The notes: generated by a model from the sequence alone, not told the origin. A DNA stretch of 64,000 nucleotides from an uncultured Pseudobdellovibrionaceae bacterium (GCA_963803705.1 CAWDNU010000001.1:256001-320000); one strand, 5' to 3'. Shown: positions 9,484 through 19,301, counted from the first letter of the stretch. Program-made: numbers and translations.

Positions 9484-10313
9484 TGACTTTAAAGTCTTTT
9501 TTTAGCACCCAAATAATTAAGATTAATTCTGACTTGAAACAAGATTTGGTGCACCTCATTCTTGAAACGCTTTCGGTAGATAGAGCTGATCTTTATTCAG
9601 AAACCTATTTGTTAGAAAATCAACAAATTTTGCAGTTAACGAAATCTATTGAGGCTTTGCAAAATGGAAAACCTTTGTCATATATCCTAAAATCACAAGA
9701 TTTCATGGGATTCAAGTTCATGGTAGATGAAAGAGTCCTAATCCCAAGATCAGAGACAGAATATTTAGTAGATATGGTTTTGGGACTGTGTAAAAATGAA
9801 GATCTAGTTTTATTCGATGCAGGCGCAGGTTCAGGTTGTATAGGAATTAGCTTTTTAATCCATAGAAAGAAGAGTTATTGTATTTTTATGGAAAAGTCTT
9901 TAGAGGCTATAGAGGTTTTAAAATCCAATTTAAGTTTAAACAGCATATCCTCTGATCGGTTTAAAATTGTTAAATCTTTTAATGAGTTTGAAAATCTGTT
10001 TTCAGGAGGTGAGAAGTTTCTAGATCTATTTATTTCAAATCCACCTTATATTCGTGTCCAAGATCCAAGATTGGATGAATCAGTAAAAAAATACGAACCT
10101 GAAATAGCACTCTTTGCAGAGGACAGTGGTCTTTATTTTCTAAAAAAGTGGTCTGAAAAATCTAAAATTTATTTGAAAGAAAATGGCTTCGCCATCTTTG
10201 AATTTGGACAGGGACAAGAAGAGGAGTTAAAAATTTTTTCAAATCATAAAAGTTTTGAATTTAGTATTATCAATGACCAGTATGGGTGTCCTCGGTTCTG
10301 GAAGCTCATCTAA
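9483..10313 (+). CDS. prmC: Release factor glutamine methyltransferase (HemK)
   Basis: VLIPRSETE, DAGAGSGCI, SNPPY; overlaps the prfA stop. Confidence 0.93.
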   Translation: MTLKSFFSTQIIKINSDLKQDLVHLILETLSVDRADLYSETYLLENQQILQLTKSIEALQNGKPLSYILKSQDFMGFKFMVDERVLIPRSETEYLVDMVLGLCKNEDLVLFDAGAGSGCIGISFLIHRKKSYCIFMEKSLEAIEVLKSNLSLNSISSDRFKIVKSFNEFENLFSGGEKFLDLFISNPPYIRVQDPRLDESVKKYEPEIALFAEDSGLYFLKKWSEKSKIYLKENGFAIFEFGQGQEEELKIFSNHKSFEFSIINDQYGCPRFWKLI

Positions 10314-10495
10314 GGTGCGGATGTGAAACTCGACGGAAGCTCACCGAAAGGTGCGGATGTGAAACTCGACGGAAGCTCACCGAAAGGTGCGGATGTGAAA
10401 CTCGACGGAAGCTCACCGAAAGGTGCGGATGTGAAACTCGACGGAAGCTCACCGAAAGGTGCGGATGTGAAACTCGACGGAAGCTCACCGAAAGG
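10300..10495. repeat. Tandem repeat: 5 identical 36-bp units (10312-10491) plus partial flanks
   Basis: Unit AAGGTGCGGATGTGAAACTCGACGGAAGCTCACCGA, no spacers, 20/36 G+C. Confidence 0.97.
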
Positions 10496-10530
10496 GTAGA
10501 ATAAAAACCAATATAAAAAGGGGTCTTGCA

Positions 10531-11796
10531 GTGGATAGGATTAAAGTAACAGGTAGAAATAAGTTGGTAGGTGATGTTTCAGCCAGCGGCTCCAAAAATG
10601 CAGCACTTCCAATATTGTTTTCAGTCTTGTTAGCAGAAGGAGAACATATTTTAAGTAATGTTCCTGATTTGGCAGATATACATTCGACTAATAATTTACT
10701 AAGGACATTGGGCTGTGAAATAAAAATTGATCAAGGCCAATGTACCATCAGAAGACCTGCGGCCATAGAAACCGAAGCGCCTTATGACTTAGTTCGAAAG
10801 ATGCGGGCAAGCATTCTTTGTTTAGGACCACTTGTGGCCAAAGAGGGATCGGCAAAGGTAAGTTTGCCCGGTGGATGCGCCATCGGTGCCAGGCCAATTA
10901 ATTTTCATCTTGAAGCCTTAAAGAAACTTGGGGCTAAGATTAAACTTGAAGAAGGATATGTTTACGCAGAATCAAAAAAACTGCGTGGCGACAGAGTGAT
11001 TTTTGACATACCGACGGTAGGTGGCACCGAAAACCTTTTGATGGCGGCTACTCTTGCAAGCGGTGAAACAGTTATTGAAAATGCTGCAAAAGAGCCTGAA
11101 ATTGTAGACTTAGCTAACTGTTTGACCGGCATGGGCGCTAGAATTGAAGGAGCAGGCGAAAGCGTAATTCATATACAAGGTGTAGACAATTTGAAGCCCG
11201 CTAACCATCAGGTCATAGCAGACCGCATAGAAGTAGGAACTTTACTGATAGTTGCTGGTCTGACGCTTGGTTCTGTGAAAGTCACTAATTGTAACCCTAA
11301 ACACTTAGAATCCTTTTTAGATAAACTTCAAGAAACGGGCATTAAAGTTACGAAGGGAAAAGATTGGATTATGGCAGATGCTACATCTTTAAGTTCGTTA
11401 CTGCCTGTTAATATAACAACTGCGCCTTATCCTGGTTTTCCAACAGATTTGCAGGCGCAGTTCATGACTTTAATGTGTATCGCAGATGGTACTAGCCAAA
11501 TTAAAGAGACTATATTTGAGAACAGATTTATGCACGTGCCAGAGTTAGTGCGAATGGGGGCAAAAATTACTGTCAACTCTAGGCTTGCAACAATTTCAGG
11601 TAAGGCTGACTCATTTCAAGCTGCTACTGTGATGGCGACAGACCTTAGGGCCAGTGCCTCTCTAATACTTGCGGGCCTAAACGCAGAAGGCGAGACTAGA
11701 GTTAAAAGAATATATCATCTGGACAGAGGATACGAAAACTTGGAATTGAAACTTAAGAGTATTGGTGCAAACGTCGTAAGAGAGAAAGACACCTAG
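10531..11796 (+). CDS. murA: UDP-N-acetylglucosamine 1-carboxyvinyltransferase
   Basis: SGSKNAALP, LPGGCAIGARP, PYPGFPTDLQAQ, ATDLRASA, HLDRGYE. Confidence 0.98.
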   Translation: MDRIKVTGRNKLVGDVSASGSKNAALPILFSVLLAEGEHILSNVPDLADIHSTNNLLRTLGCEIKIDQGQCTIRRPAAIETEAPYDLVRKMRASILCLGPLVAKEGSAKVSLPGGCAIGARPINFHLEALKKLGAKIKLEEGYVYAESKKLRGDRVIFDIPTVGGTENLLMAATLASGETVIENAAKEPEIVDLANCLTGMGARIEGAGESVIHIQGVDNLKPANHQVIADRIEVGTLLIVAGLTLGSVKVTNCNPKHLESFLDKLQETGIKVTKGKDWIMADATSLSSLLPVNITTAPYPGFPTDLQAQFMTLMCIADGTSQIKETIFENRFMHVPELVRMGAKITVNSRLATISGKADSFQAATVMATDLRASASLILAGLNAEGETRVKRIYHLDRGYENLELKLKSIGANVVREKDT

Positions 11797-11818
11797 ATGA
11801 ATCTTCCACAGGCCCTAA
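11791..11818. repeat. Half-copy of the 3156-3236 palindrome arm
   Basis: ACCTAGATGAATCTTCCACAGGCCCT (11791-11816) is identical to 3211-3236; the match to the left-arm reverse complement extends 2 more bases; contains the murA stop codon. Confidence 0.95.
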
Positions 11819-11828
11819 ACAATTTTTT

Positions 11829-11869
11829 AAAAAAAATATGCCCCCGGCTTGAGGGGCAAGCCGGGGGCA
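11829..11869 (-). terminator. GC-rich intrinsic terminator between convergent genes
   Basis: Perfect 13-bp stem TGCCCCCGGCTTG/CAAGCCGGGGGCA with 5-nt loop; A run on the plus strand gives a U tract on the minus strand. Confidence 0.85.
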
Positions 11870-11905
11870 GTGGCAAGTGAGTTAAAGGGGACAAAGAAAG
11901 AGGGG

Positions 11906-12409
11906 TTATCTTTGAGTTTCAACACTTGTCACTAAAATAGAATTCAAAAACTTGTTACTTCTAAAACCGTAATTCTTTAAGTTATTTCTGGGGGAGCGAA
12001 GATTTGCCATGTTGGGTCTTATATTTGCAAGCCTAAGACCCTTAACTAAATAGGTAGTTCCAGGGTGCAGGCTGTTTGTAATTTCATCGTTTGAGTCAAC
12101 ATAAAATATTTCGTCTGAGGTCGCGGATATGAAAAGAAACCTTCCTTCAGCAGATTCAAGCGTGAAAGTTCCAATATCCTCGAAAGGATAAATTAGCAAT
12201 TGTGAATTAACATTAAAGTTAGAATTTGGTCTGTTTACACTAGGTTCTACGCTATGTTTACGAATCACTTCACTAAGTCGTTTTTCAAGGTTCAGAAGAG
12301 CATCATTATGGTTAACGCTTTCCCCGCTGGCTTTCGCTGTGGCTGACAGAACCAAAACGATAGCTATATAAATGACTACTAAAAGTTGCTTCCAATAATT
12401 TCTAATCAT
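11906..12409 (-). CDS. Hypothetical secreted protein
   Basis: 167-aa ORF with a signal peptide ending AKA, GGGGAAG RBS, own sigma54 promoter and terminator. Confidence 0.8.
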   Translation of the reverse strand: MIRNYWKQLLVVIYIAIVLVLSATAKASGESVNHNDALLNLEKRLSEVIRKHSVEPSVNRPNSNFNVNSQLLIYPFEDIGTFTLESAEGRFLFISATSDEIFYVDSNDEITNSLHPGTTYLVKGLRLANIRPNMANLRSPRNNLKNYGFRSNKFLNSILVTSVETQR

Positions 12410-12439
12410 AGCTTCCCCGAAAATCCTACTAAAGGTAAG

Positions 12440-12455
12440 GCAAGTGTTGTGCCAA
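12440..12455 (-). promoter_or_regulatory. sigma54 -24/-12 promoter
   Basis: Minus strand TTGGCAC-AACAC-TTGC, about 30 nt upstream of the 12409 start. Confidence 0.8.
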
Positions 12456-12532
12456 AAATTCTGGACTTTAAAGCTAATAGTTTCTATTTCACACTCAATG
12501 CATTAAAATAAAATTGATGAAAAGTACAAAGA

Positions 12533-12599
12533 TGGAACCAGTGCTTCCAATAATTTTGATAAACCTAACAATTCCATATACTTGGGTGCTTCGGTTCCA
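12533..12599. promoter_or_regulatory. Pair of 17-bp dyad sites, candidate enhancer-binding protein UAS
   Basis: TGGAACCAGTGCTTCCA (12533-12549); TGGGTGCTTCGGTTCCA (12583-12599, reverse complement TGGAACCGAAGCACCCA); 12/17 identity. Confidence 0.5.
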
Positions 12600-12634
12600 A
12601 ATTGGTACAAAAACTTTTTTGGAACCAGGTTGAT

Positions 12635-15600
12635 ATGTCAAAAAAATGGATAATTAAGGATGCACTGGATCAGATATCCGGACCCTTCAACACTTCGGAA
12701 GTCATTCGAAGAATTCACCAAGGACTAGTCACCGAGGTGGATTACCTAGCGCATTATCCGGAAGGCAAGTGGATTCCTGTTACAAAAAATCAAATTTTTT
12801 TCGACGAGATGCTGGCTTCAATCTCTCAGACAAATTCAAGCTCAAAGCCTAATGGGTTTAAAGATAGTAGTAACGAAATTAAATCAATTGAAATGGACGA
12901 ACAAGATAAAACAGAAGCTTTATCCAAAACGGTCAAGTTAGAAAAAACTAAAAAGCTTGAAAACGCAGATACAGTAAATGGCAATGATGATGAGAAGACT
13001 GAATTAATTAGTATTAAGAGTGAAAACTTAGATTCTGTTAATCAAAATTTGAAGGCTACAAAAGAATTCAGAGCAAAAAAAAACTTGCCAGAATACACAG
13101 CCAAACAAACCCACCAAATTTATTCCAGAAACGAGCTTTTAGATTTAAAGAAACATAGGCATCAAACCTTTGTAGATAGATATAGAAAAGAATTATCAAT
13201 ACTTTTGCTGATAGTTAGTTTTGTAGGTGCAGGCATATTTTTGTGGCCTGCAGCTAAAGATGATATTAAGGGAGACAACTTTAAGCTAAGAGCTCCTCGT
13301 TTTGACAGGAAGCCGATTAGCAAATCAATTGAAATGAGCTCTTATAGAACTGCCTTAGATCGGATTCATAAAGGTAGTTTCACTAATTTCAGAGATGCTC
13401 ACAATGGCCTTATTAAAATCTTAGAAAGTTATTCACAAAATATTGATGCGCTGTCGATGCTTTGTTTTACAAATTATCACCTTTGGGAATTCACTCAAAA
13501 AACTTCAAAAGATCTTTTTGCCATCTCTTCAATCACTAAAAGGGCTTTGAAGATTGATAGATTTAGTGAAAAAGGCAGAATATGCAAATTTGTTAATTTG
13601 TCCGTACGGGGTAAATATGATGAAGCCCAAAAAGTGGTCGATGATGTTTTGGACAGCGAACAAGGTGCCACTTCGGTCATTTTTAGTTATTTTAATGGGG
13701 TTCTAAAATTTTATAAAAAAGAATTTATTGCTTCAGAAAGTTATTTGTCCGCAGCGATTTCAAGAAGCCGAAGTCAGCAGGATAAGAAAAACGGACATAG
13801 TAGTGAGTTTGCAGTGATGTGGGTAAGCCTAGCAGACTCAAATATTAATCTAAGTAAGTCTAATTTAGCTTATAAATCGGCGCTTAGGGCGCTAATGATC
13901 AACACTGAATATGTGGATGCCCATTTACTGAAAGGGATTATAGAGTATCGCTTTCAACGAAAAAACAAACTTGCAAAGGCAACCTTGCAGAAAGCTTTGG
14001 TATATGCCAAAAACGACAAACCGAACAAGAAGAAACTTTCAGATGCTTACGTAGTTTTGGCAGAAATCGCACTGTTCGAAAGGCGTCGAAGCACCGCTCT
14101 AGAATATGCTATTGCAGCTTACAATTATAATCCAGGAAATTCGGTGGCCAAAAACTTAGCGATTGAGCTTGGTGGAAATCGCAAAGTTGGTAAGAAGACT
14201 GTTTTATCACAACAGTTAGTTATTGAGGGTGAGCAAAACCTACAGGAAAGCGGCTGCTCTTCTGCCCAAGCTTTTTTCAAAGAAGCTTATAAATTAGATC
14301 CAAAAAATGGATATGCAGCCTTAAAAACAGCACAATGTTTATGGGAACTAAGTTTTACAACTGACGCAATTGAATGGATAGAAAGGGCGATACAGTCTGA
14401 TCCAAGCTTAACTGAGGCTTATGTTATTGCAGCTGGTTTCTATGCCCAAAGATACGATTTTGATTCTGCAATGCAGATCTTATTGAAAGCTAAAAAAATT
14501 TCCCCTCGCAGTTACGAGGTATATAGAGGGTTAGCACGGTTAGAACTAAAGAGAGATAACCCCCAACTATCTATTGAATATGCAAAAATCGCTTTAAAAA
14601 TATATGATGCTGACACAGACTCTTTAATTTTAATGTCAAAAGCGCTTTATGAGTTAGACCAAAGCCAAGAGGCTTTTAAGTATATCGTTCAAGCCAGTGA
14701 AAATGACTCTAGAAACGTAGATGTTCATGTTATGTACGGGAAAATTTTATATAAAACTCAAGGAGTTTTTGCATCTCAAGAATATCTGAAGAATAGAATA
14801 GCCAGCTTCCCTCTAGAGGCAGCTTACCGAGTTGCTTTAGCGGAGGTTTATCTTGAGGATCAAAAATTTTTGAATGCTGCGCAAACTGCAAAAGACGCTA
14901 TTGAATATGATAGCAAATCCAAAGAGGCTTTTTTGGTGTTGGGAAAAGCTTTAAAAGCTTTGGATAAAAAAGAAAGAGCTTTAAATTTTTTCTTAGACGC
15001 TTTTAGTCTAGATCCCTCTGATGCTGAGCCTTTGTTTGAGGCCGGTCAGCTATATATAGATATTGGTAAGTATGACGAAGCTATCAAGCGGTTTGAAAGA
15101 GTACTAAAGATGAATAAGTTGTATCCAGCTATTTACTACAATTTGGCTAAGGTTTACTTTGCACAACGTAAGATGGGTAAAGCCCTTGAGCATTGCAAAA
15201 TTGAAATTGAATTAGACCCTAAAAAAGATCAATGCTTTGTTTTAAGCGCTGAGGCTAACTTCTTTAAAGCAAATCAAGCAAAAAACAAGCTTTCAAGATT
15301 GAATTCCCGAAAGCTAAACCCTGATAACGTTGAGCTAACTGAAAATGAGAAGAAAGTAACCTACAATCGAATGATTTCTTTCTATAAGCTGTGTGCGGAA
15401 AACTACCAAAGAGCGATCGATATAATCCCACAGAGATCTTCGGTATACATCGACTTATCTCGATGTTATCGATTTGCAGGCGAATTTGATATGTCACAGA
15501 AAATGGTAGAAAAGGCGCTGGATATTGAGCCTGGTAACCCTGTTGTGTGGCGAGAAAATGGCCTTTTGTTTGAACAAAAAGGCGAGTATGCTCTAGCTTT

Positions 15601-15700
15601 GGAAGCATACAAACAGTATTTAACTTTAAATCCGTCAGCAAAAGATAGGAAGCCTATCGTAAGACAGATGAAAGAGTTAGAATCTAAAATCAAACTCTGA
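12635..15700 (+). CDS. Large membrane-anchored TPR protein with N-terminal GYF_2-like domain
   Basis: WIIKD...GPF...W pattern at the N-terminus, one TM helix, many TPR-like repeats; start at ATG 12635. Confidence 0.8.
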   Translation: MSKKWIIKDALDQISGPFNTSEVIRRIHQGLVTEVDYLAHYPEGKWIPVTKNQIFFDEMLASISQTNSSSKPNGFKDSSNEIKSIEMDEQDKTEALSKTVKLEKTKKLENADTVNGNDDEKTELISIKSENLDSVNQNLKATKEFRAKKNLPEYTAKQTHQIYSRNELLDLKKHRHQTFVDRYRKELSILLLIVSFVGAGIFLWPAAKDDIKGDNFKLRAPRFDRKPISKSIEMSSYRTALDRIHKGSFTNFRDAHNGLIKILESYSQNIDALSMLCFTNYHLWEFTQKTSKDLFAISSITKRALKIDRFSEKGRICKFVNLSVRGKYDEAQKVVDDVLDSEQGATSVIFSYFNGVLKFYKKEFIASESYLSAAISRSRSQQDKKNGHSSEFAVMWVSLADSNINLSKSNLAYKSALRALMINTEYVDAHLLKGIIEYRFQRKNKLAKATLQKALVYAKNDKPNKKKLSDAYVVLAEIALFERRRSTALEYAIAAYNYNPGNSVAKNLAIELGGNRKVGKKTVLSQQLVIEGEQNLQESGCSSAQAFFKEAYKLDPKNGYAALKTAQCLWELSFTTDAIEWIERAIQSDPSLTEAYVIAAGFYAQRYDFDSAMQILLKAKKISPRSYEVYRGLARLELKRDNPQLSIEYAKIALKIYDADTDSLILMSKALYELDQSQEAFKYIVQASENDSRNVDVHVMYGKILYKTQGVFASQEYLKNRIASFPLEAAYRVALAEVYLEDQKFLNAAQTAKDAIEYDSKSKEAFLVLGKALKALDKKERALNFFLDAFSLDPSDAEPLFEAGQLYIDIGKYDEAIKRFERVLKMNKLYPAIYYNLAKVYFAQRKMGKALEHCKIEIELDPKKDQCFVLSAEANFFKANQAKNKLSRLNSRKLNPDNVELTENEKKVTYNRMISFYKLCAENYQRAIDIIPQRSSVYIDLSRCYRFAGEFDMSQKMVEKALDIEPGNPVVWRENGLLFEQKGEYALALEAYKQYLTLNPSAKDRKPIVRQMKELESKIKL

Positions 15701-15706
15701 GGCCCG

Positions 15707-15991
15707 ATGTCTAGTGCGCGTGAATTTACAAAAACTCCGTCTTTGTTCTTTTTTAGATTAATTTTCAAAGGCGTTTCCGCCTTCTTTGTTGGAGTGACAG
15801 CCGCGCTTGTTTTTCATGTTTTTTTTAACTATAGAACTTTTGGATTTGTTTTTGTCGGAGTTGTTTTTTCTGGCTTGGTTCTAAAGTTTTTAGGTAAATC
15901 AAGTTTACTGAAAGTGTTTTTATTTGATGTTGCTTTCATATTTTTGTTACTTCTGCTAAAAACATACATTACTTTAGCGCCCAATGCTTAG
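15707..15991 (+). CDS. Small hypothetical membrane protein (about 3 TM)
   Basis: Hydrophobic 94-aa ORF filling the gap between the TPR gene and serS. Confidence 0.7.
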   Translation: MSSAREFTKTPSLFFFRLIFKGVSAFFVGVTAALVFHVFFNYRTFGFVFVGVVFSGLVLKFLGKSSLLKVFLFDVAFIFLLLLLKTYITLAPNA

Positions 15992-16001
15992 GAGTTTATA
16001 G

Positions 16002-17309
16002 GTGATAGATATAAAGTGGCTTGAGTCTGACAAAGTGGATTCGAACTGGAATATGCTGCCCGAAAAAGTTTATCGAAAAAACTTAAGAGATAGGGGTGAA
16101 AATTCATCTGTAGTGGATCAAATTCTGGCTTTAAACGAGCTCAGAAAGAAAAGTATATTTGAAGCCGAAACTAAAAAATCAGAGCTAAACACTATTAGTA
16201 AACAGGTGGCAGAGTTAAAACGAGCAAAAAAAGATGCCTCGCAGATTATTAGTGAAACCCAAGACTTGTCTAAATCGATTAAAAATTTGTCCCAGACTGC
16301 CGATGAATATAATGATAATTTGAAACAACTTTTATCAAGAGTTCCAAATCAGTCTGATCCGTCGGTTCCAATTGGAAAAAGTGAAGTCGACAACATTAAA
16401 ATAAGATCTTTTGGCGAGCCAAGGAAATTTGCTTTCAAACCTCTTGACCACGCTGAGATTGGCGAAAAAACAGGACTTATCGATTTTGAAAAGGCAGGTG
16501 AAGTTACTGGAGCCAGGTTTTCATTTTTAAGATCGAGTTTTGCAAAAATGGAAAGAGCGTTAATTCAGCTGATGTTAGACACTCACACTCTAGAACATGG
16601 TTACGAAGAATTTGTGCCCCCGTTTATAGTAAATTCAAAAAGCTTATTCGGTACTACAAATTTGCCAAAATTTGAGGAAGACTTATTTAAATTAAAAGAC
16701 ACAGACTATTATTTAATCCCTACTGCAGAAGTTCCTTTGACTAATTATGTATGCGATGAAATTTTAAACGAGTCAGATTTACCCTTAAAATTTACTGCTT
16801 ATACACCATGTTTTAGATCTGAAGCCGGAAATTATGGCAAAGATACGAAAGGTTTGATAAGACAGCATCAGTTCAATAAGGTTGAATTGGTAAAAATTAG
16901 TCATCCAGAAAATTCTGATATCGAACACGAAGCATTACTAAAAGATGCAGAACATATTTTGCAGCTTCTAGAGTTGCCTTACGAAGTGATGAATTTATGC
17001 ACAGGCGATATTAGTTTCGGAGCTAAAAAATGCTATGACATTAATGTTTGGTTGCCTGGTCAAAATAGCTATCGAGAGATAAGTTCCTGTTCTAATTTTG
17101 GTGACTTCCAGGCACGACGAGCCAATATCAGATTTAAATCAGGTAAAAAAGGTTCTAAGCCAAGTTTTTGTCATACGATCAACGGTTCTGGCTTGGCTGT
17201 AGGAAGAACTTTAGTGGCTATAATTGAAAATTACCAGAATGAAGATGGAACAATTAGTGTTCCAAGTGTGTTACAAAAATATTTTAACGGTATAAAAACC
17301 ATAGGATAA
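16002..17309 (+). CDS. serS: Serine--tRNA ligase
   Basis: LIPTAEVPL, FRSEAG, GLIRQHQF, REISSCSN, NGSGLAVGR. Confidence 0.98.
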   Translation: MIDIKWLESDKVDSNWNMLPEKVYRKNLRDRGENSSVVDQILALNELRKKSIFEAETKKSELNTISKQVAELKRAKKDASQIISETQDLSKSIKNLSQTADEYNDNLKQLLSRVPNQSDPSVPIGKSEVDNIKIRSFGEPRKFAFKPLDHAEIGEKTGLIDFEKAGEVTGARFSFLRSSFAKMERALIQLMLDTHTLEHGYEEFVPPFIVNSKSLFGTTNLPKFEEDLFKLKDTDYYLIPTAEVPLTNYVCDEILNESDLPLKFTAYTPCFRSEAGNYGKDTKGLIRQHQFNKVELVKISHPENSDIEHEALLKDAEHILQLLELPYEVMNLCTGDISFGAKKCYDINVWLPGQNSYREISSCSNFGDFQARRANIRFKSGKKGSKPSFCHTINGSGLAVGRTLVAIIENYQNEDGTISVPSVLQKYFNGIKTIG

Positions 17310-17318
17310 ATTTAAAGT

Positions 17319-19124
17319 ATGACATTTTTTAAATATTTATTTGCAACAGTTGTTGGAGTTATTCTCGGTTTTTTTACCTGCGTTTTACTAGCCGCAGGTA
17401 TAATCGGATTATTAATTTCCAGTGCCGAAAAAATGACATCTAAGTCTGGTTCAAAGGAAATTAATGCAGGAAGTTTTCTTGTATTAGAATTAGACCAGAA
17501 GATTCCTGAATTCAAAGACGAATTTTCAATGTTATTTAACCGAGGCTTGGTGCTTAAAGATTATATCGAAATGATCAAAGCCGCTGAAACTGATAAATCA
17601 ATTCGTGGAATCTTGATAAAGATTTCATCTACTCCTCAGGGATGGAGCACAATCAAAACTTTGCGATCTGCTTTAGCAAAATTTAAATCGACTAAAAAAC
17701 CTATCTTCACATACTCAGAATTCTTAGACGAGCGCTCGTATTATTTGGCATCGCTATCAACGAAGATTTTCTTACACCCTACTGCCGAATTTTCCTGGGA
17801 CGGTTTTGGTTTAAATCCAACATTTTATAAAGGTTTTTTTGATAAGATCGGAGTAAGCCCTATAGTTTTTAGAGTAGGAAAGTTCAAGTCGGCCGTCGAA
17901 CCTTATATACAAAAGCAAATGAGCGATCCAAATAAACGCCAAATTAATGAATTGATTGATGATATTTGGCAAGAAGTTATCTCGGCCGTTTCAAAAGACA
18001 GGGATGTATCAGAAGAGTCTTTAAACGAAATTTCAGAAAATTTACTAGTAAGATCTGCGGACGAAGCTTTAGAAATGAAACTTGTGGACGAGCTAATGAC
18101 TGAATCTGAGGTTTTTGAAAAGTTAATTTTAAAAAAAGAAATTGCAAAAATAGAAAAGAATGATTTTAAAAAATTAGTCAGTTCAAAGTCTTATTGGTCT
18201 TTAAAGAGTGGCGAATTAGGCTTCAAAAGCCAGTTCTTTGGATCGAACTTAGAGGATACAAAAAAACCTACAATAGCTACAATTACTTTAGAGGGAACTA
18301 TTATTTCAGGTCCGGGTTCTGATGGAATGGTGGGTTCAGAGGACGTAGTAAAAAGAATTTTAAAAGCAAAGTACGCTAAGAATGTAAAAGGTGTAATAGT
18401 AAGAATTAATAGCCCAGGCGGAAGCGCCTTAGCTTCAGATGTTATTTGGACTGAACTTAAAAAATTAAGAGAAGTGAAACCAGTTTTTGCATCTTTTGGC
18501 GATGTTGCAGCTTCTGGAGGCTACTACATAGGAGTCGCAGCGGAAAAAATTTTCGCCCACGAAAATACGATTACTGGATCAATTGGTGTTTACAGTGTGC
18601 TGTTCAACCTACAAACATTGGCAACAAGCAAATTGGGATTTACTTTTGACCGTGTAGTCAGCCATCCATTTGCAGATAGAGGTTCGCCATTTAGGCCAAT
18701 GACAGCTCAAGAGGCAACTTTTTTTCAAGAGGATACCAATAGAGTGTATCAAAGATTTATAGAAGTTGTTCAATTGGGTCGTGAATTTGACACCTACGAG
18801 AGCGTACACTCAATTGCTCAGGGCCGAGTGTGGTCAGGTCTTCAAGCAAAACAAATAGGTTTAGTAGATGAGCTAGGCGGAATGGAAGATGCGATCACTA
18901 GTTTAGCTGCACAACTTAAACTACCGAAAGATTTTGAGGTCAAAGAAGTTCAAGGTGAAACTGATTTTGAACTTATCTTTGCTTCATTTTTAAGTCGAGC
19001 GGGTTTAGACAGTTTAGTATTAAAGTATTTTAAAAATCCAGAGCTCAATGTTTTTATTCGAAATAAAGATTTCAATCTCAAAGAAAGAATTTGGTCTTTG
19101 AGCCCAGAATTAAATATCGATTAA
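17319..19124 (+). CDS. sppA: Signal peptide peptidase SppA (67K type)
   Basis: GKFKSAVEP, RINSPGGSALASD, AASGGYY, TITGSIGV, AQGRVWSG. Confidence 0.95.
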   Translation: MTFFKYLFATVVGVILGFFTCVLLAAGIIGLLISSAEKMTSKSGSKEINAGSFLVLELDQKIPEFKDEFSMLFNRGLVLKDYIEMIKAAETDKSIRGILIKISSTPQGWSTIKTLRSALAKFKSTKKPIFTYSEFLDERSYYLASLSTKIFLHPTAEFSWDGFGLNPTFYKGFFDKIGVSPIVFRVGKFKSAVEPYIQKQMSDPNKRQINELIDDIWQEVISAVSKDRDVSEESLNEISENLLVRSADEALEMKLVDELMTESEVFEKLILKKEIAKIEKNDFKKLVSSKSYWSLKSGELGFKSQFFGSNLEDTKKPTIATITLEGTIISGPGSDGMVGSEDVVKRILKAKYAKNVKGVIVRINSPGGSALASDVIWTELKKLREVKPVFASFGDVAASGGYYIGVAAEKIFAHENTITGSIGVYSVLFNLQTLATSKLGFTFDRVVSHPFADRGSPFRPMTAQEATFFQEDTNRVYQRFIEVVQLGREFDTYESVHSIAQGRVWSGLQAKQIGLVDELGGMEDAITSLAAQLKLPKDFEVKEVQGETDFELIFASFLSRAGLDSLVLKYFKNPELNVFIRNKDFNLKERIWSLSPELNID

Positions 19125-19211
19125 ACTTTGGGTAAAATTGAATAAAAAATGGGCAAAATACCCAATAGAAATAACTTGAATACCCCTGCCAAAAACACTA
19201 CAACCATAAGT

Positions 19212-19301
19212 GGAAGAATGGCAGAGCGGTTGAATGCACCAGTCTTGAAAACTGGCGGACCTTCGCGGGTCTCGGGGGTTCGAATCCCCCTTCTTCCGCC
19301 A
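19212..19301 (+). tRNA. tRNA-Ser (anticodon TGA), long variable arm, CCA encoded
   Basis: GGAAGAA/TTCTTCC acceptor stem, anticodon arm CCAGT-CTTGAAA-ACTGG, GGTTCGAATCC T loop, GCCA end. Confidence 0.97.

Noticed and set aside
10312..10491. 36-bp repeats as a CRISPR array
   Set aside because: Units are directly adjacent with no spacers, and no cas genes are in the window
10312..10491. Hammerhead ribozyme (GAAAC and CGGATG resemble the core)
   Set aside because: The required CUGANGA core is absent and I could not build the three stems
10286..10504. ORFs 10286-10504 (+) and 10306-10488 (-) as genes
   Set aside because: Open frames follow automatically from a stop-free 36-bp unit; no clear RBS; kept only as an alternative in the array finding
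10528..10539. GCAGTGGATAGG shared between the murA start and the 39616 repeat
   Set aside because: A 12-bp match is expected by chance many times in 64 kb
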